A stretch of DNA of 64,000 nt from Candidatus Aenigmatarchaeota archaeon (GCA_039000685.1 JAWBNW010000001.1:14655-78654); one strand, 5' to 3'. Counted from the stretch's first letter, positions 28,483 through 38,960 are shown. Translations and numbers: made by a program. Notes: generated by a model not told the origin, from the letters alone.

Positions 28483-29922
28483 ATGTTTTTTATGCCAACT
28501 GTTTTGGTTGTCGACAGAGGAGGAAGAGGAAACGCGATTGCTTACTGCTTTGCCAAAAGTCCGAAAGTCTCGAAAGTTTTCGTGGCCCCAGGAAATGCAG
28601 GCAGTTCTTTGCTTGAAAAATGTCAACAAGTCCCAATTGAATCGATAGAAGAGATGATAGATTTTGTTGAAAAAAATAAAATTGATTTGACTTTTGTTGG
28701 ACCAGAAGGCTATTTATCAAAGGGGATAGTGAACAAATTTTTGGAGAGGGATTTGAGAATAGTTGGTCCAACTAAGGAAGCCACAATCTTGGAATCGAGC
28801 AAGTGTGACACGAAAATTTTTCTAAGTCAGATAGGGGTTCCAGTTCCAGAGTTCAAAATTTTTGGCGATCCTGAAGAAGCTAAAGCTTACGTGAGAGATT
28901 TTTACAAAAATAGGCCAGGAGAGAATGTTGTGGTTAAAGCAGACGGTCTTGCTGAAGGAAAAGGTTCTTTTGTCTGCAATTCTCTTGAGAATGCCGAATA
29001 TGCGATAGACTACATCATGGTTCAAAGAGCTTTTGGTGATTCTGGGAGAAGGGTTGTTATAGAAAAAAGGCTTTATGGTCAAGAGCTCATGTTCTTTGTT
29101 CTCACCGATGGCAAAACAGTTTTGCCGATTGAATCAGCTATGGACTACAAGGCAGCTTTCGATGATGATAACGATGCTAGAACAAAATATTTCGGTGGTT
29201 TGAACCCTAGAACAGGGGGGATGGGCGGCTACTCCCCACATCCTTGGCTTGATGAAGAACTAAAACAGAAGATCATGGAAAGGATAGCAATCCCGACAAT
29301 AAGAAAATTCAAAGAATTGAAAGGAATAGAGTACAAGGGGATAATGTATTTTGGTCTGATGATCTGTGAAGAAAATGGGGAGAAAAATCCTTATGTTCTA
29401 GAAATCAATGTTAGGATGGGAGATCCGGAAGCTCAAGTCATTTTGCCAAGACTGAAAACAGATTTTTATGATTTGTCAGAAGCGATAATAGAAGGTAAAC
29501 TTAATGAAATTACCTTAAGTTGGGATCCAGATTACTATTTGGGAATATGCGCAGTTAGTGGAAAAATACTCAGACCACTTTTTGAGTCTGGTAGAGGGGA
29601 AGAATATGATGAAAGAAAGAACATAGGTTATCCCGGTCCCCATATAACAAATCAACCAATTTTTGGTCTGAGAAAAGTAGACCCAAGCTGTTTAATTTTC
29701 CACAATGGGACAGCATTTAAACCAAGAGATCCAAAAGACCCAAGCAGCATAGACCCAAGCAAAAAAGATGAAGATGGCAATATAGTGACGACAGGAGGAA
29801 GGGTCTTGACATTAGTTGCAAAAGGAAAAACTTTGGAAGAGGCAAGAGAAAAAGCTTACTCTGAAATCGAAAAAATATTTTTCTCAGGAATGAGGTACAG
29901 AAGGGATATAGGTAAAACTTAA
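28483..29922 (+). CDS. purD: Phosphoribosylamine--glycine ligase
   Basis: APGNAG, VVKADGLAEGKG, TGGMGGYSP, EINVRMGDPE, TTGGRVL. Confidence 0.93.
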   Translation: MFFMPTVLVVDRGGRGNAIAYCFAKSPKVSKVFVAPGNAGSSLLEKCQQVPIESIEEMIDFVEKNKIDLTFVGPEGYLSKGIVNKFLERDLRIVGPTKEATILESSKCDTKIFLSQIGVPVPEFKIFGDPEEAKAYVRDFYKNRPGENVVVKADGLAEGKGSFVCNSLENAEYAIDYIMVQRAFGDSGRRVVIEKRLYGQELMFFVLTDGKTVLPIESAMDYKAAFDDDNDARTKYFGGLNPRTGGMGGYSPHPWLDEELKQKIMERIAIPTIRKFKELKGIEYKGIMYFGLMICEENGEKNPYVLEINVRMGDPEAQVILPRLKTDFYDLSEAIIEGKLNEITLSWDPDYYLGICAVSGKILRPLFESGRGEEYDERKNIGYPGPHITNQPIFGLRKVDPSCLIFHNGTAFKPRDPKDPSSIDPSKKDEDGNIVTTGGRVLTLVAKGKTLEEAREKAYSEIEKIFFSGMRYRRDIGKT

Positions 29923-31352
29923 GATTCTATCTCATAATATCTTTTCACGGTCGATTGTGTCTTTAATTTATCTGCTAGAGATTGTGCGATTGGTGTGGTA
30001 TATCTTCCAGTCAAGCAGGCCGTACAAAGCTCTTCTTCTTTGAAACCGATAGCATCCACAAGACCTTCAATTGTTTGATAGCAAAGCTTATCCACGTTGA
30101 TTTTTTTGGCAATTTCTTCCACAGTGTGATTTGCTGCGATGAGTTCTGTGTGAGTCGCCATGTCAATCCCATAGAAACATGGAGAAATGATGGGAGGGCA
30201 AGTTATCCAGAGCTCAACTTTTTTAGCCCCAGCTTTTCTCACTATGTCTACAATTTTTCTGGAAGTAGTTCCCCTCACAATGCTATCATCAACCAAGAGC
30301 ACTTTCTTATCTTTTATCACTGATTTTATCGGGTTTAGTTTGAATTTCATAGCACCGTCTCTTGCTTTTTGTGCTGGCATGATGAATGTTCTCCAGATGT
30401 ATCTATTCTTGATTAAACCTTCTGCAACCGCCAGACCAGTTTCTTTACCAACGCCTTCAGCTGCTGGTCTTGAAGTATCTGGAACTGGTATAACAACATC
30501 AGCATCTGTTTGATAGGTTTTTGCCAAATTTTCCCCCAATTTTATTCTAACATCATAAACAGATTTCCCCTCAAGAACACTATCAGGGCGAGAAAAATAA
30601 ACATACTCAAACATGCAGTGAGCTCTTTTTTTACACGGAAAAATTTGTTTTCTTTCAGCACTATCTTCTTTCACGATTATCATTTCACCAGGCTTTACAT
30701 CTGAAAAATTTTCAATGTTATTTATGTCAAGGGCAACACTCTCAGAAGCAAATGCTTTTGAATTTTCATCTTCACCAAAAACAAGAGGTTTGAAGCCAAA
30801 CGGATCCCTGAAAGCCACGAGCTCACAATCTCCGCTCAAGAACACTGCCGAATAAGAGCCTTCTATTTTATTCATACAATTCAAAATAGCGTTTTCTAGA
30901 TCATTTTTTCTTATCAGTTCTTCTGCCAAAAGATGAGTTAAAACTTCAGCATCACTTCCTGATTGAATCAATCTCCCATTCTGCACAAGCTCCCTTCTCA
31001 AATCAATTATGTTTACGATGTTTCCGTTGAAGCAAAAGGAAATTCCACGCTTAGGGTAGTTTATCACGAAGGGCTGGGCATTTTCCAGTGTGGATGTGGA
31101 CATGGTTGAATATCTAACATGTCCTATTCCTATTTTTCCTTTCAACTCAGCAACTATTCTTTCCTTGAAAGAATCTGTGACAAGCCCCATGGCCCTTTTC
31201 AAGTGAATTTTTGAATCTTCTAGTGTTGATATTCCTGCTGATTCTTGTCCTCTGTGTTGCAAAGCCACAAGACCATAATAAATCCTCCTTGCCACATCTT
31301 CAGAAGAATTGCAACCAAACACGCCACAAGCTTCTTTCAAAGGGCAACACAT
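29919..31352 (-). CDS. purF: Amidophosphoribosyltransferase
   Basis: EA|CGVFG, LQHRGQESAG, HVRYST, VDDSIVRGTT, CTACLTG. Confidence 0.96.
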   Translation of the reverse strand: MCCPLKEACGVFGCNSSEDVARRIYYGLVALQHRGQESAGISTLEDSKIHLKRAMGLVTDSFKERIVAELKGKIGIGHVRYSTMSTSTLENAQPFVINYPKRGISFCFNGNIVNIIDLRRELVQNGRLIQSGSDAEVLTHLLAEELIRKNDLENAILNCMNKIEGSYSAVFLSGDCELVAFRDPFGFKPLVFGEDENSKAFASESVALDINNIENFSDVKPGEMIIVKEDSAERKQIFPCKKRAHCMFEYVYFSRPDSVLEGKSVYDVRIKLGENLAKTYQTDADVVIPVPDTSRPAAEGVGKETGLAVAEGLIKNRYIWRTFIMPAQKARDGAMKFKLNPIKSVIKDKKVLLVDDSIVRGTTSRKIVDIVRKAGAKKVELWITCPPIISPCFYGIDMATHTELIAANHTVEEIAKKINVDKLCYQTIEGLVDAIGFKEEELCTACLTGRYTTPIAQSLADKLKTQSTVKRYYEIES

Positions 31353-31413
31353 ATTTCAAAATAGGTTTTGTTATTTAAAACCATTTAATTTTTCAAAAAA
31401 CTAATTTTATTAA

Positions 31414-31803
31414 ATGGGAGGAATATTGCACCATCTTGTTTTCGGCTCGGTTTCAGCTTTAATAGTCTACCGAAATTTCAAGAGATGGCAATATTCTGCT
31501 GCAATTTTCATAGGGAATTTCCTTCACGACATTTTCATCGTACCTTTTATATCAATTCTCCTTAAAACATTTGATCCAATGAAAATAATCTCATCTTCTT
31601 ACTGGTTCCACAGAGACACTTCTTTTCTCATCTTATGGATGTCATTCCAAACAATTTTTGTAGTCTTCTTCCTTTTCTTTCAAAAATACCTTAGGAAAAA
31701 AGAGTTCAAGGATTTAGAGTACAACATCGGCTTTCTTCTCATGGGGATTTTAACACACGCCTTCATAGACATTATAGTTCAAGAGCAAGGAATATTGTAC
31801 TGA
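31414..31803 (+). CDS. Small membrane protein, metal-dependent hydrolase-like
   Basis: HH near the N-terminus, GNFLHD and THAFID motifs in TM helices. Confidence 0.5.
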   Translation: MGGILHHLVFGSVSALIVYRNFKRWQYSAAIFIGNFLHDIFIVPFISILLKTFDPMKIISSSYWFHRDTSFLILWMSFQTIFVVFFLFFQKYLRKKEFKDLEYNIGFLLMGILTHAFIDIIVQEQGILY

Positions 31804-31849
31804 AGAAAACTTTAAGTAGTTGTTTCGTGAAATTAAATTAAGGAGTAAA

Positions 31850-31873
31850 ATGAAGGGCGATAATCGGATCTGA
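31850..31873 (+). promoter_or_regulatory. Putative leader uORF (MKGDNRI*) in a structured ileS 5' leader
   Basis: AGGAG SD at 31841; ends in an Ile codon; GGAGT/ACTCC and GGGC/GCCC pairings; TTTAAGTA box at 31811. Confidence 0.4.
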
Positions 31874-31913
31874 TTCTAAAGTTTTATTTAGCCCAAACTC
31901 CAAAAAAGAATTT

Positions 31914-34900
31914 ATGGTCAAACAAGCTACACCAAAAGAACAGGAAGAAAGGATAATGCAATTCTGGAAGAAAAATAAAGTCTACGAGAAGGTTAAAGCT
32001 CAAAGGAAAAAGGCAAGGAAATTTTATTTCTTAGATGGCCCACCTTATGCTACCGGCAGCATTCATGTAGGCACTGCAATGAACAAGGTGATAAAAGATT
32101 GTTACTTGAGATTTTTCAGAATGTTTGGCTTCAATGTTTGGGACCAACCAGGCTATGATACACATGGCGTGCCGATAGAAAACAAAATAGAAAAGGAGCT
32201 CGGCTTCAAGAGCAAGAAAGATATAGAGAATTTTGGTGTTGCTAAGTTCATTCAAAAATGTAGGGAATTTGCCACAAAATATATAGGTGTGATGGGAAAA
32301 CAGTTCGAAAACCTTGGGGTTTGGATGAATTGGAATAATCCTTACTTAACTTTGGCAAACGACTACATAGAAGGAGCTTGGTTTACCTTCAAGAAAGCTT
32401 TTGAGAAAGGTTTTTTATACAAGGGAAATTATCCGGTTCATGTTTGTCCAAGATGTGTGACAAAAGATTCTTTAGTTTTTACTAATTATAGTTGGAAAAG
32501 TATGGATAAATTAAAAAATTGTTGGAAAAATGAAAAAGTTATGGCATTAAATCTTAAAAATTTTGATTTGTTACCATCACACATAAATGGATATCTAGAA
32601 ACAAAAGATATGGTTTTGAAGGTCGAAACCCAAAGTGGATTAAGTATCGAAGCAACTTTAGATCACCCGTTTTTAACTAAAGAAGGTTGGAAAGAGCTTA
32701 GAGATTTGAAGGTAGGTGAGAAGGTTGGAGTAATTCATCTCCCAGTTTTTATTGAAGAGTGTAATTCAAATAAAATAATTCTAACAAAAAAAGAAATTAT
32801 AAATACAATCAAAAATTTGAATAGGAGATATGGAAATTCTAAAAGAATAGACAAAGTTATAAATAGAGTTTTACAGGAGCTTGATGGTAAAAACCTTTTA
32901 CCTTTATTTGAGAAAGATGAAAAAAATGAAATTCTTTTCCGAATTTTGGGTTACTTGTTTGGGGACGGTTCGGTGATTATAAGAAAGAAGAAAGGTAGAG
33001 ATTTCCCAGAGATTGTAGTATTCTTTTCAGCCAAATCCAAAGAAGATCTTAAAAAGATTAAAAAAGACTTGAAAAAGTTAGGGTTCAAGTCGAGTAATAT
33101 AAAAAGTAGAGAAAGAAAGTCCTTGATAAATAACAAAGAAGTGAAAGGACAAGATAACGAAATGTACTGCTATTCTTCTTCGTTTGGAATTTTACTTATA
33201 GCTTTAGGCATGCCATGCGGGAAAAAATATGAAATTGGTTTTGATATCCCTAGAATATTAAAGAAAGTAAAATCTAAAATTATTAAGGTAGAATTCTTAC
33301 GTGGCTATTTCGGCGCTGAGTTAAGTAAACCAAGTTTAAGAGAAACAGGAAAATACTTCAAGGAATTAATTTTCAGAGTAGAAAAAAATAGAAATTTAGA
33401 GATTTCTGCCACAAAATTTGTAAAATCTATTTATGGATTGCTCAGAGAATTTGACATAAAAACGAGACCTATAACAAAGAAATATAAAAATGTTAATGGA
33501 AAAGAAAAAGTTGTAGTTACAGGAAGAATAAGTTGCAGAATCTCAAATATTGTAAAATTCTTGGAAACTATAGGGTACGTTTATTGTAAAGAAAGGGAAG
33601 TGCTATCGTCTCACGTGCTTTCTTATTTAAAGACAAAAATCAGAAAAAAGTTGAGTAGAGAAGGCTTACCGAAATTTAACACTTATGTAAAAAATAATAG
33701 AATTAAAAATGGTTTAATTTGGGAAAAGATAGAAAAAATAGAACACACTGGTATAAAAGAAGTAGCAGATGTAAATGTCGGAAGGAACCATAACTTTATC
33801 GTGAACGGGTTTGTTACACACAATTGTGAAACGGTGGTGGCTTATAATGAGATAGAATACGTGAAAATTAAAGATCCTGGCATATATGTTAAGTTTAGGA
33901 CAAAAAAAAGTCCTAACACTTTTTTGGTCTGTTTTACAACCACTCCATGGACTTTGCCTGCGAATACCGGTATAATGGCAAAGCCAGATGCAGAATATGC
34001 TTTTGTTCAAGTTGACAATGAAGTTCTAATCTTGGCCAAGCAACTCCTAGAAGAAGTGATGAAAAAAGTTGGGATAAAAGATTACAAGATCTTGGAGACA
34101 AAGTTGGGAAGGGAACTCGAGAATTTAAAGTATGAACATCCTTTTGCCGATGAGTTTAAATTCCAACAAGTTTTAACAAATGCTCACCGTGTAGTCCTTT
34201 CAGACCAATTTGTAAGCTTGGAAGAAGGTACAGGCTTGGTTCACACGGCTCCAGGCCATGGAGAAGAAGATTATAAAGTCGGTTTGGAGACAGGATTACC
34301 AGCTATTTCTCCTGTAAAAATTGATGGAACTTTTGATGAAAGTTGCGGAAAATATGCAGGCATGTTTGTTAAAGATGCCGATAAGCTAATATTGCAAGAG
34401 CTGAGGGCAAAAGGTTTGCTACTTCATGAAGAAACTATTGAGCATGATTATCCAATTTGTTGGCGTTGCAACACTCCTTTACTCCAAATTTCAGTACCTC
34501 AATGGTTTTTCAGAGTTACTGCAATTAGAAACAAACTGATAGAAGAAAATAAAAAGATAAAATGGAATCCAAGCTGGGCAAGTCAAAGATTTCAAAACTG
34601 GCTTGAAAGCTTGGGAGACTGGCCAATTTCTAGACAAAGATATTGGGGAATTCCTTTGCCTATATGGGTTTGTGAAAAATGTGAAAACATTAAAGTCATC
34701 GGATCAAGAGAAGAATTACCAAGAATACCGAAAGACTTCCACAGGCCTTACATAGATGAAATAATTCTTGAATGCAAATGTGGTGGCAAGATGAAAAGAA
34801 TTCCAGATGTGCTTGATGTTTGGTTTGACTCAGGAGTTGCTTCTTGGGCTTCTTTAGGTTTCCCAAGGGAGAAAAAACTTTTCAAGAAGCTTTGGCCCGC

Positions 34901-36164
34901 TGATTTCATCCTTGAAGGCTCTGATCAGTTTCGTGGCTGGTGGAATTCTTTGATGATAACAAGCATGATGACTTTTGATAAAGCTCCTTTCAAAAGTGTC
35001 TTGATGCACGGTTTGGTTTTGGATGCCCATGGTCAGAAGATGTCAAAAAGTTTGCAGAATATTGTAAGCACGGAAGAAGTGATAGAAAAATACGGGAGAG
35101 ATTTGCTTAGATTTTATTACCTTTCGAACGAGCCTTGGAATGACTCTTACTTCAGTTGGCAAACTATGGAAGAAATAGCAAAATCTTTTGTTGTAGTAAG
35201 AAATACTTTCAATTTCGTCAAAACTTATGTTTATTCTCCAGGGAAACCAAAGGGCTTAAAGCAGGAAGACAAATGGATTCTATCTAGGTTAAATTCTTTA
35301 GTAGAAAGTTGCACAAAGCATTTTCAAGATCACAATGCCCACAAAGCTGCAAATGAAATTTTGGACTTCGTCTTGAACGATTTCTCAAGATGGTACATCA
35401 AGCTGATAAGGGATAGAACATGGCCTTTGTATGACGGCAAGGATAAACAAGCAGCTTTCTTTACTTGTTTAACTGTAACTGAAACTATAGCAAAACTTTT
35501 GGCTCCAGTTTGTCCTTTCTTGGCAGAGCAAGTTTATCAAGAAATTGTTAAGCATTTGAAAAAAGGCAAAATCTCGGTTCACATGGAAGATTGGCCAAAG
35601 ACTGATAAGAAAATGATAAACAAAAATTTAGAGGAAGAGATGAAAGTTGCCAAGCAGATTGTGGAAGCTTGCAGTGCAGCAAGACAAAAAGCAAATTTGA
35701 AGCTAAGATGGCCAATCGATTCAGTTCTTATTACCACAAAAGACAAGAGAGTTTTAGCTTCTTTGAAAGATTTGAAAGAAGTTTTGCTCAAAATGTGTAA
35801 TGCAAAATCAATAAAGCTAGCAAAAGAAGAACCAAAAGGTGAATTTTCTGTAGCAGAATTTAGCTTAGGAAAAATTTTCATTCCATCTAAGCTTGATGAA
35901 AAGCTTTTGGACGAAGCTCTCTTGAGAGAAATTGTCAGGAAGATTCAGGAAATGAGAAAGAAATTTGGTTTTGTTGTTGCGGAAAGAATTGTTTTGAGCT
36001 TAAGCTCTGATGAAAAAACTAACAAGCTTTTGGAGAAGAACAAAAAAATGATAGAAAAAGAAGTTGGGGCTAAATCTGTGGTAGTAGGAAAAACAAAAGG
36101 AAGATTTTCAGAAACTCTCGAGTTTGAAGACAAAAAAATAAACATAGCTTTCAGCAAAGCTTAA
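31914..36164 (+). CDS. ileS: Isoleucyl-tRNA synthetase with intein
   Basis: DGPPYATGSIHVG, TTTPWTLP, ISRQRYWG, EGSDQFRGW, KMSKS. Confidence 0.96.
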   Translation: MVKQATPKEQEERIMQFWKKNKVYEKVKAQRKKARKFYFLDGPPYATGSIHVGTAMNKVIKDCYLRFFRMFGFNVWDQPGYDTHGVPIENKIEKELGFKSKKDIENFGVAKFIQKCREFATKYIGVMGKQFENLGVWMNWNNPYLTLANDYIEGAWFTFKKAFEKGFLYKGNYPVHVCPRCVTKDSLVFTNYSWKSMDKLKNCWKNEKVMALNLKNFDLLPSHINGYLETKDMVLKVETQSGLSIEATLDHPFLTKEGWKELRDLKVGEKVGVIHLPVFIEECNSNKIILTKKEIINTIKNLNRRYGNSKRIDKVINRVLQELDGKNLLPLFEKDEKNEILFRILGYLFGDGSVIIRKKKGRDFPEIVVFFSAKSKEDLKKIKKDLKKLGFKSSNIKSRERKSLINNKEVKGQDNEMYCYSSSFGILLIALGMPCGKKYEIGFDIPRILKKVKSKIIKVEFLRGYFGAELSKPSLRETGKYFKELIFRVEKNRNLEISATKFVKSIYGLLREFDIKTRPITKKYKNVNGKEKVVVTGRISCRISNIVKFLETIGYVYCKEREVLSSHVLSYLKTKIRKKLSREGLPKFNTYVKNNRIKNGLIWEKIEKIEHTGIKEVADVNVGRNHNFIVNGFVTHNCETVVAYNEIEYVKIKDPGIYVKFRTKKSPNTFLVCFTTTPWTLPANTGIMAKPDAEYAFVQVDNEVLILAKQLLEEVMKKVGIKDYKILETKLGRELENLKYEHPFADEFKFQQVLTNAHRVVLSDQFVSLEEGTGLVHTAPGHGEEDYKVGLETGLPAISPVKIDGTFDESCGKYAGMFVKDADKLILQELRAKGLLLHEETIEHDYPICWRCNTPLLQISVPQWFFRVTAIRNKLIEENKKIKWNPSWASQRFQNWLESLGDWPISRQRYWGIPLPIWVCEKCENIKVIGSREELPRIPKDFHRPYIDEIILECKCGGKMKRIPDVLDVWFDSGVASWASLGFPREKKLFKKLWPADFILEGSDQFRGWWNSLMITSMMTFDKAPFKSVLMHGLVLDAHGQKMSKSLQNIVSTEEVIEKYGRDLLRFYYLSNEPWNDSYFSWQTMEEIAKSFVVVRNTFNFVKTYVYSPGKPKGLKQEDKWILSRLNSLVESCTKHFQDHNAHKAANEILDFVLNDFSRWYIKLIRDRTWPLYDGKDKQAAFFTCLTVTETIAKLLAPVCPFLAEQVYQEIVKHLKKGKISVHMEDWPKTDKKMINKNLEEEMKVAKQIVEACSAARQKANLKLRWPIDSVLITTKDKRVLASLKDLKEVLLKMCNAKSIKLAKEEPKGEFSVAEFSLGKIFIPSKLDEKLLDEALLREIVRKIQEMRKKFGFVVAERIVLSLSSDEKTNKLLEKNKKMIEKEVGAKSVVVGKTKGRFSETLEFEDKKINIAFSKA
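32454..33824 (+). mobile_element. LAGLIDADG intein (457 aa) in IleRS
   Basis: CPR|CVTKDS...ATLDHPF...GYLFGDG...RGYFGAE...VTHN|CET. Confidence 0.93.
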
Positions 36165-36225
36165 TTGGCTTTAACAACCCAAGTAGTTCTAAAATTATAT
36201 AAACCAAATTTTTCAAATTATCAAT

Positions 36226-36447
36226 ATGAATTTTGATAAGATTCTTGGGTACGTTGGCTTAATAATTGTTATTTTAGTTATAGTCTATTTGACTTTAAAA
36301 GTTTTGGGAATAGTTCAAAGTGTAAGTGTAGAAGAAATTTTGCTTGGTTTTGCAGGAGGTCAAGCTTTGTTAGACATTCATCTTATAAAAGCTATAAGTA
36401 GAATAGAAGGGAAAATAGGTCTTTTTGAAAGAAAAATAAAACTCTAG
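36226..36447 (+). CDS. Small membrane protein
   Basis: N-terminal TM and a C-terminal amphipathic helix. Confidence 0.5.
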   Translation: MNFDKILGYVGLIIVILVIVYLTLKVLGIVQSVSVEEILLGFAGGQALLDIHLIKAISRIEGKIGLFERKIKL

Positions 36448-36490
36448 CTATTTATCTTTGTTTTCCTAAATTAATTTAAGGTAATGACAA

Positions 36491-37249
36491 ATGGGTTTAG
36501 GGTTAAAATCATTTGAAGATACTTTTAACTTCGTGAAAAAGAACCCGAAAGTATTTTTACTTGCCCTTATTCCAAATCTAGTTGTTCCATTGATAGGCCT
36601 AGCCGGAAGACCAAGTTTAACTTTGGAGTGGCTAATTGCTGTTGTTATTTATTTTGTTGTTATAATTATTCTTTCAATTCTTGTGGCTGGGAGTTATCCT
36701 TTTGTAGTTTATCAGAGTTTAAAGGGCAAGGAAATTGGCCTTAAAGAGGCCCTTGATTCTTCTTTAAGAAGATTTGGAGATATTATACTTACTTTTATTT
36801 TGTTTGGTGTGATAGCTCTTGCTACAATATCCATTCCATTACTACTTTTAATTCCAGCCATATTGTTTGAGTCTCTTACCCTCATCATTATTTCTGCAAC
36901 CCTTTTGATACCGTTTGGCATATTATTGACATATGTTTTACTAAGATTGCCTCTGGCCATACCAATTTTGACTATTGAAAGCAAAAGGCCAGTGGAGAGT
37001 TTAAAAGAAAGTTGGAGGAGAACTAAAGGTTATCTTTGGTCAATTGCCGGGGCAACATTTCTCCTCACTTTAGTTATAACTGTAATCTTAATCCCCGTAA
37101 ATATCTTAAGTGAAGTTTGCAAGTATCTTAATCTCTCATATGTTTCTACAATAATAGATGTCATATCTTCAACTATAAGTGCAACTTTTTCTGGTTTGCT
37201 TATGCCAATTTTTTACTTCAACCTCAAAAGAGAAACTTCTCTTAAATGA
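36491..37249 (+). CDS. Multi-pass membrane protein (GDPD-membrane-domain-like)
   Basis: About six TM helices; ESLKESWRRTKG motif. Confidence 0.6.
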   Translation: MGLGLKSFEDTFNFVKKNPKVFLLALIPNLVVPLIGLAGRPSLTLEWLIAVVIYFVVIIILSILVAGSYPFVVYQSLKGKEIGLKEALDSSLRRFGDIILTFILFGVIALATISIPLLLLIPAILFESLTLIIISATLLIPFGILLTYVLLRLPLAIPILTIESKRPVESLKESWRRTKGYLWSIAGATFLLTLVITVILIPVNILSEVCKYLNLSYVSTIIDVISSTISATFSGLLMPIFYFNLKRETSLK

Positions 37250-37309
37250 AATTTAACTTACTCTTGTAGTTCTAAATCTATATGAATTGTTTTTTATCCA
37301 AACTCAAAC

Positions 37310-37717
37310 ATGGAAATCAAGAAAAAAATTTTGCTGATAGTCTGTATTTTAATCTCACTCACAGGCTTGGTTTTCATATATTTCTCAGCTTTAGCAATTT
37401 CACCTTCTGAAACAAAAATAAGCAAGATAGATTCAAGTCTGATCGGCAAGCTAGTTTCTACCACAGGCAAAATTTCTTATGTGCGAGCCCATTCAGCAGG
37501 TCACATTTTTCTAACCTTGTCAGATGGAGATTCAAAAATTGATGTTCCTATTTTCTCAAGTTTGATAAGCAAACTGAATAGCAATGGAATAACTCAATAT
37601 GACTTGAGAAAAGGTAAGACTGTGAGAATAACGGGAATTGTTGGTGAATACAAGGGCCAGCTTCAAATCGTTCCTAGGAAGCCTGCAGATATTCAAATTT
37701 TAGATAGCTTGAAGTGA
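37310..37717 (+). CDS. Membrane-anchored OB-fold protein
   Basis: N-terminal TM; GHIFLTLSDG and VRITGIVGEYKGQLQI. Confidence 0.75.
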   Translation: MEIKKKILLIVCILISLTGLVFIYFSALAISPSETKISKIDSSLIGKLVSTTGKISYVRAHSAGHIFLTLSDGDSKIDVPIFSSLISKLNSNGITQYDLRKGKTVRITGIVGEYKGQLQIVPRKPADIQILDSLK

Positions 37718-37718
37718 T

Positions 37719-38960
37719 ATGTTAGATTTCATCTTGATTTCAATTCTTGGTGTTTCAATAGGTTTGTTTTCAGGCTTGATGCCGAGTATGCACGTGAACA
37801 CTTTATTACCTTTGCTTCTTTCTTTCTCAACTTTTCTCAACCTTTCACCCTACCATTTAGCAGTTCTTGTAGTCTCAACTGCTATGAGTGAGATATTCTT
37901 TAATTTCATTCCATCAATTTTCATCGGTGCACCCGAGGAAGGCACAGCTTTATCTGTTTTGCCAGGCCATAGACTTCTTTTAGAAGGAAGAGGTTATGAA
38001 GCAATTAAACTTACAGTTATAGGTAGCGTAGGCTCTTTGATTCTTAGTCTTCTTTTGATAGCCTTTCTTTCACCCTATTTTACATCCTTCTACAAACTCA
38101 CAAGACCATACATACATTTTGCCATAATTGCTGTGATAGCTTTTATGATTTTTTCTGAAAGAAAGCCAAAGAAAATAATTTCTTCAGCTTTTATAATTTT
38201 GCTTTCAGGGATTTTTGGGTTGCTTGCTTTAAATTCTCAGCTTTTGCCTTCACAGCATATTCTTTTTCCCGTTTTGACCGGAATGTTCGGCTTAAGCACT
38301 TTAATAATCAGCTTTTCTGAAACTTCAAAAATTCCAGAACAAAAAGAGGATTTTTCTTTGAAAATTTCAGCAAAAGAAATTTTGAAATCAATTTTTTTAG
38401 GCTCAATCGCCGGGATTCTCGTCGGTTTTTTACCGGCAGTTGGGATTTCAGAAGCTGCAGTCATGGTACAATATCTTGGGGGAAGAGGAGATGCAAGAAG
38501 TTTTCTTATCACACTCTCTGGAATAAATGTTGGAAATGAAGTTTTTTCCTTGATTTCTCTCTACTTGGTTTCAAATCCAAGAAGTGGTTCAAGTGTTGCA
38601 ATCCAACAGATCTTAACAGAACTTAGCTTTTATGATGTTTTGCTTTTGGTTGGAACTATTTGCTTTGTTTCAGGAATTTCAGCTTTGCTTACACTTTACC
38701 TTGGCAAACAAATACCAAAATTCTTAGTCAGATTAGACTACAAAACTTTAACTCTTTCTATTATAACTTTCATTTGTGCTATGGTCTTCATCTGGACGGG
38801 AATTGCTGGCATTATTATACTTTCAATTTCAACTGCAATTGGTTTACTTTGTGCTCATTTAGAAGTAAGAAGAAGCCATTGCATGGGTGTTCTTTTGATT
38901 CCAAGCATCTTATTCTTTGCTGACTTAAACTCTTCGATTCTTTCAGCATTGGGTATATGA
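37719..38960 (+). CDS. TctA-like (DUF112) membrane protein
   Basis: GLMPSMHVN, IPSIFIGAP, SVLPGHRLLLEGRG, NPRSG. Confidence 0.82.
   Translation: MLDFILISILGVSIGLFSGLMPSMHVNTLLPLLLSFSTFLNLSPYHLAVLVVSTAMSEIFFNFIPSIFIGAPEEGTALSVLPGHRLLLEGRGYEAIKLTVIGSVGSLILSLLLIAFLSPYFTSFYKLTRPYIHFAIIAVIAFMIFSERKPKKIISSAFIILLSGIFGLLALNSQLLPSQHILFPVLTGMFGLSTLIISFSETSKIPEQKEDFSLKISAKEILKSIFLGSIAGILVGFLPAVGISEAAVMVQYLGGRGDARSFLITLSGINVGNEVFSLISLYLVSNPRSGSSVAIQQILTELSFYDVLLLVGTICFVSGISALLTLYLGKQIPKFLVRLDYKTLTLSIITFICAMVFIWTGIAGIIILSISTAIGLLCAHLEVRRSHCMGVLLIPSILFFADLNSSILSALGI

Noticed and set aside
29550..29600. Possible BHB intron in a purD insertion (GTGG/CCAC pairing)
   Set aside because: Excision at BHB-rule positions would remove 17 nt and break an intact frame, and there is no intron stem.
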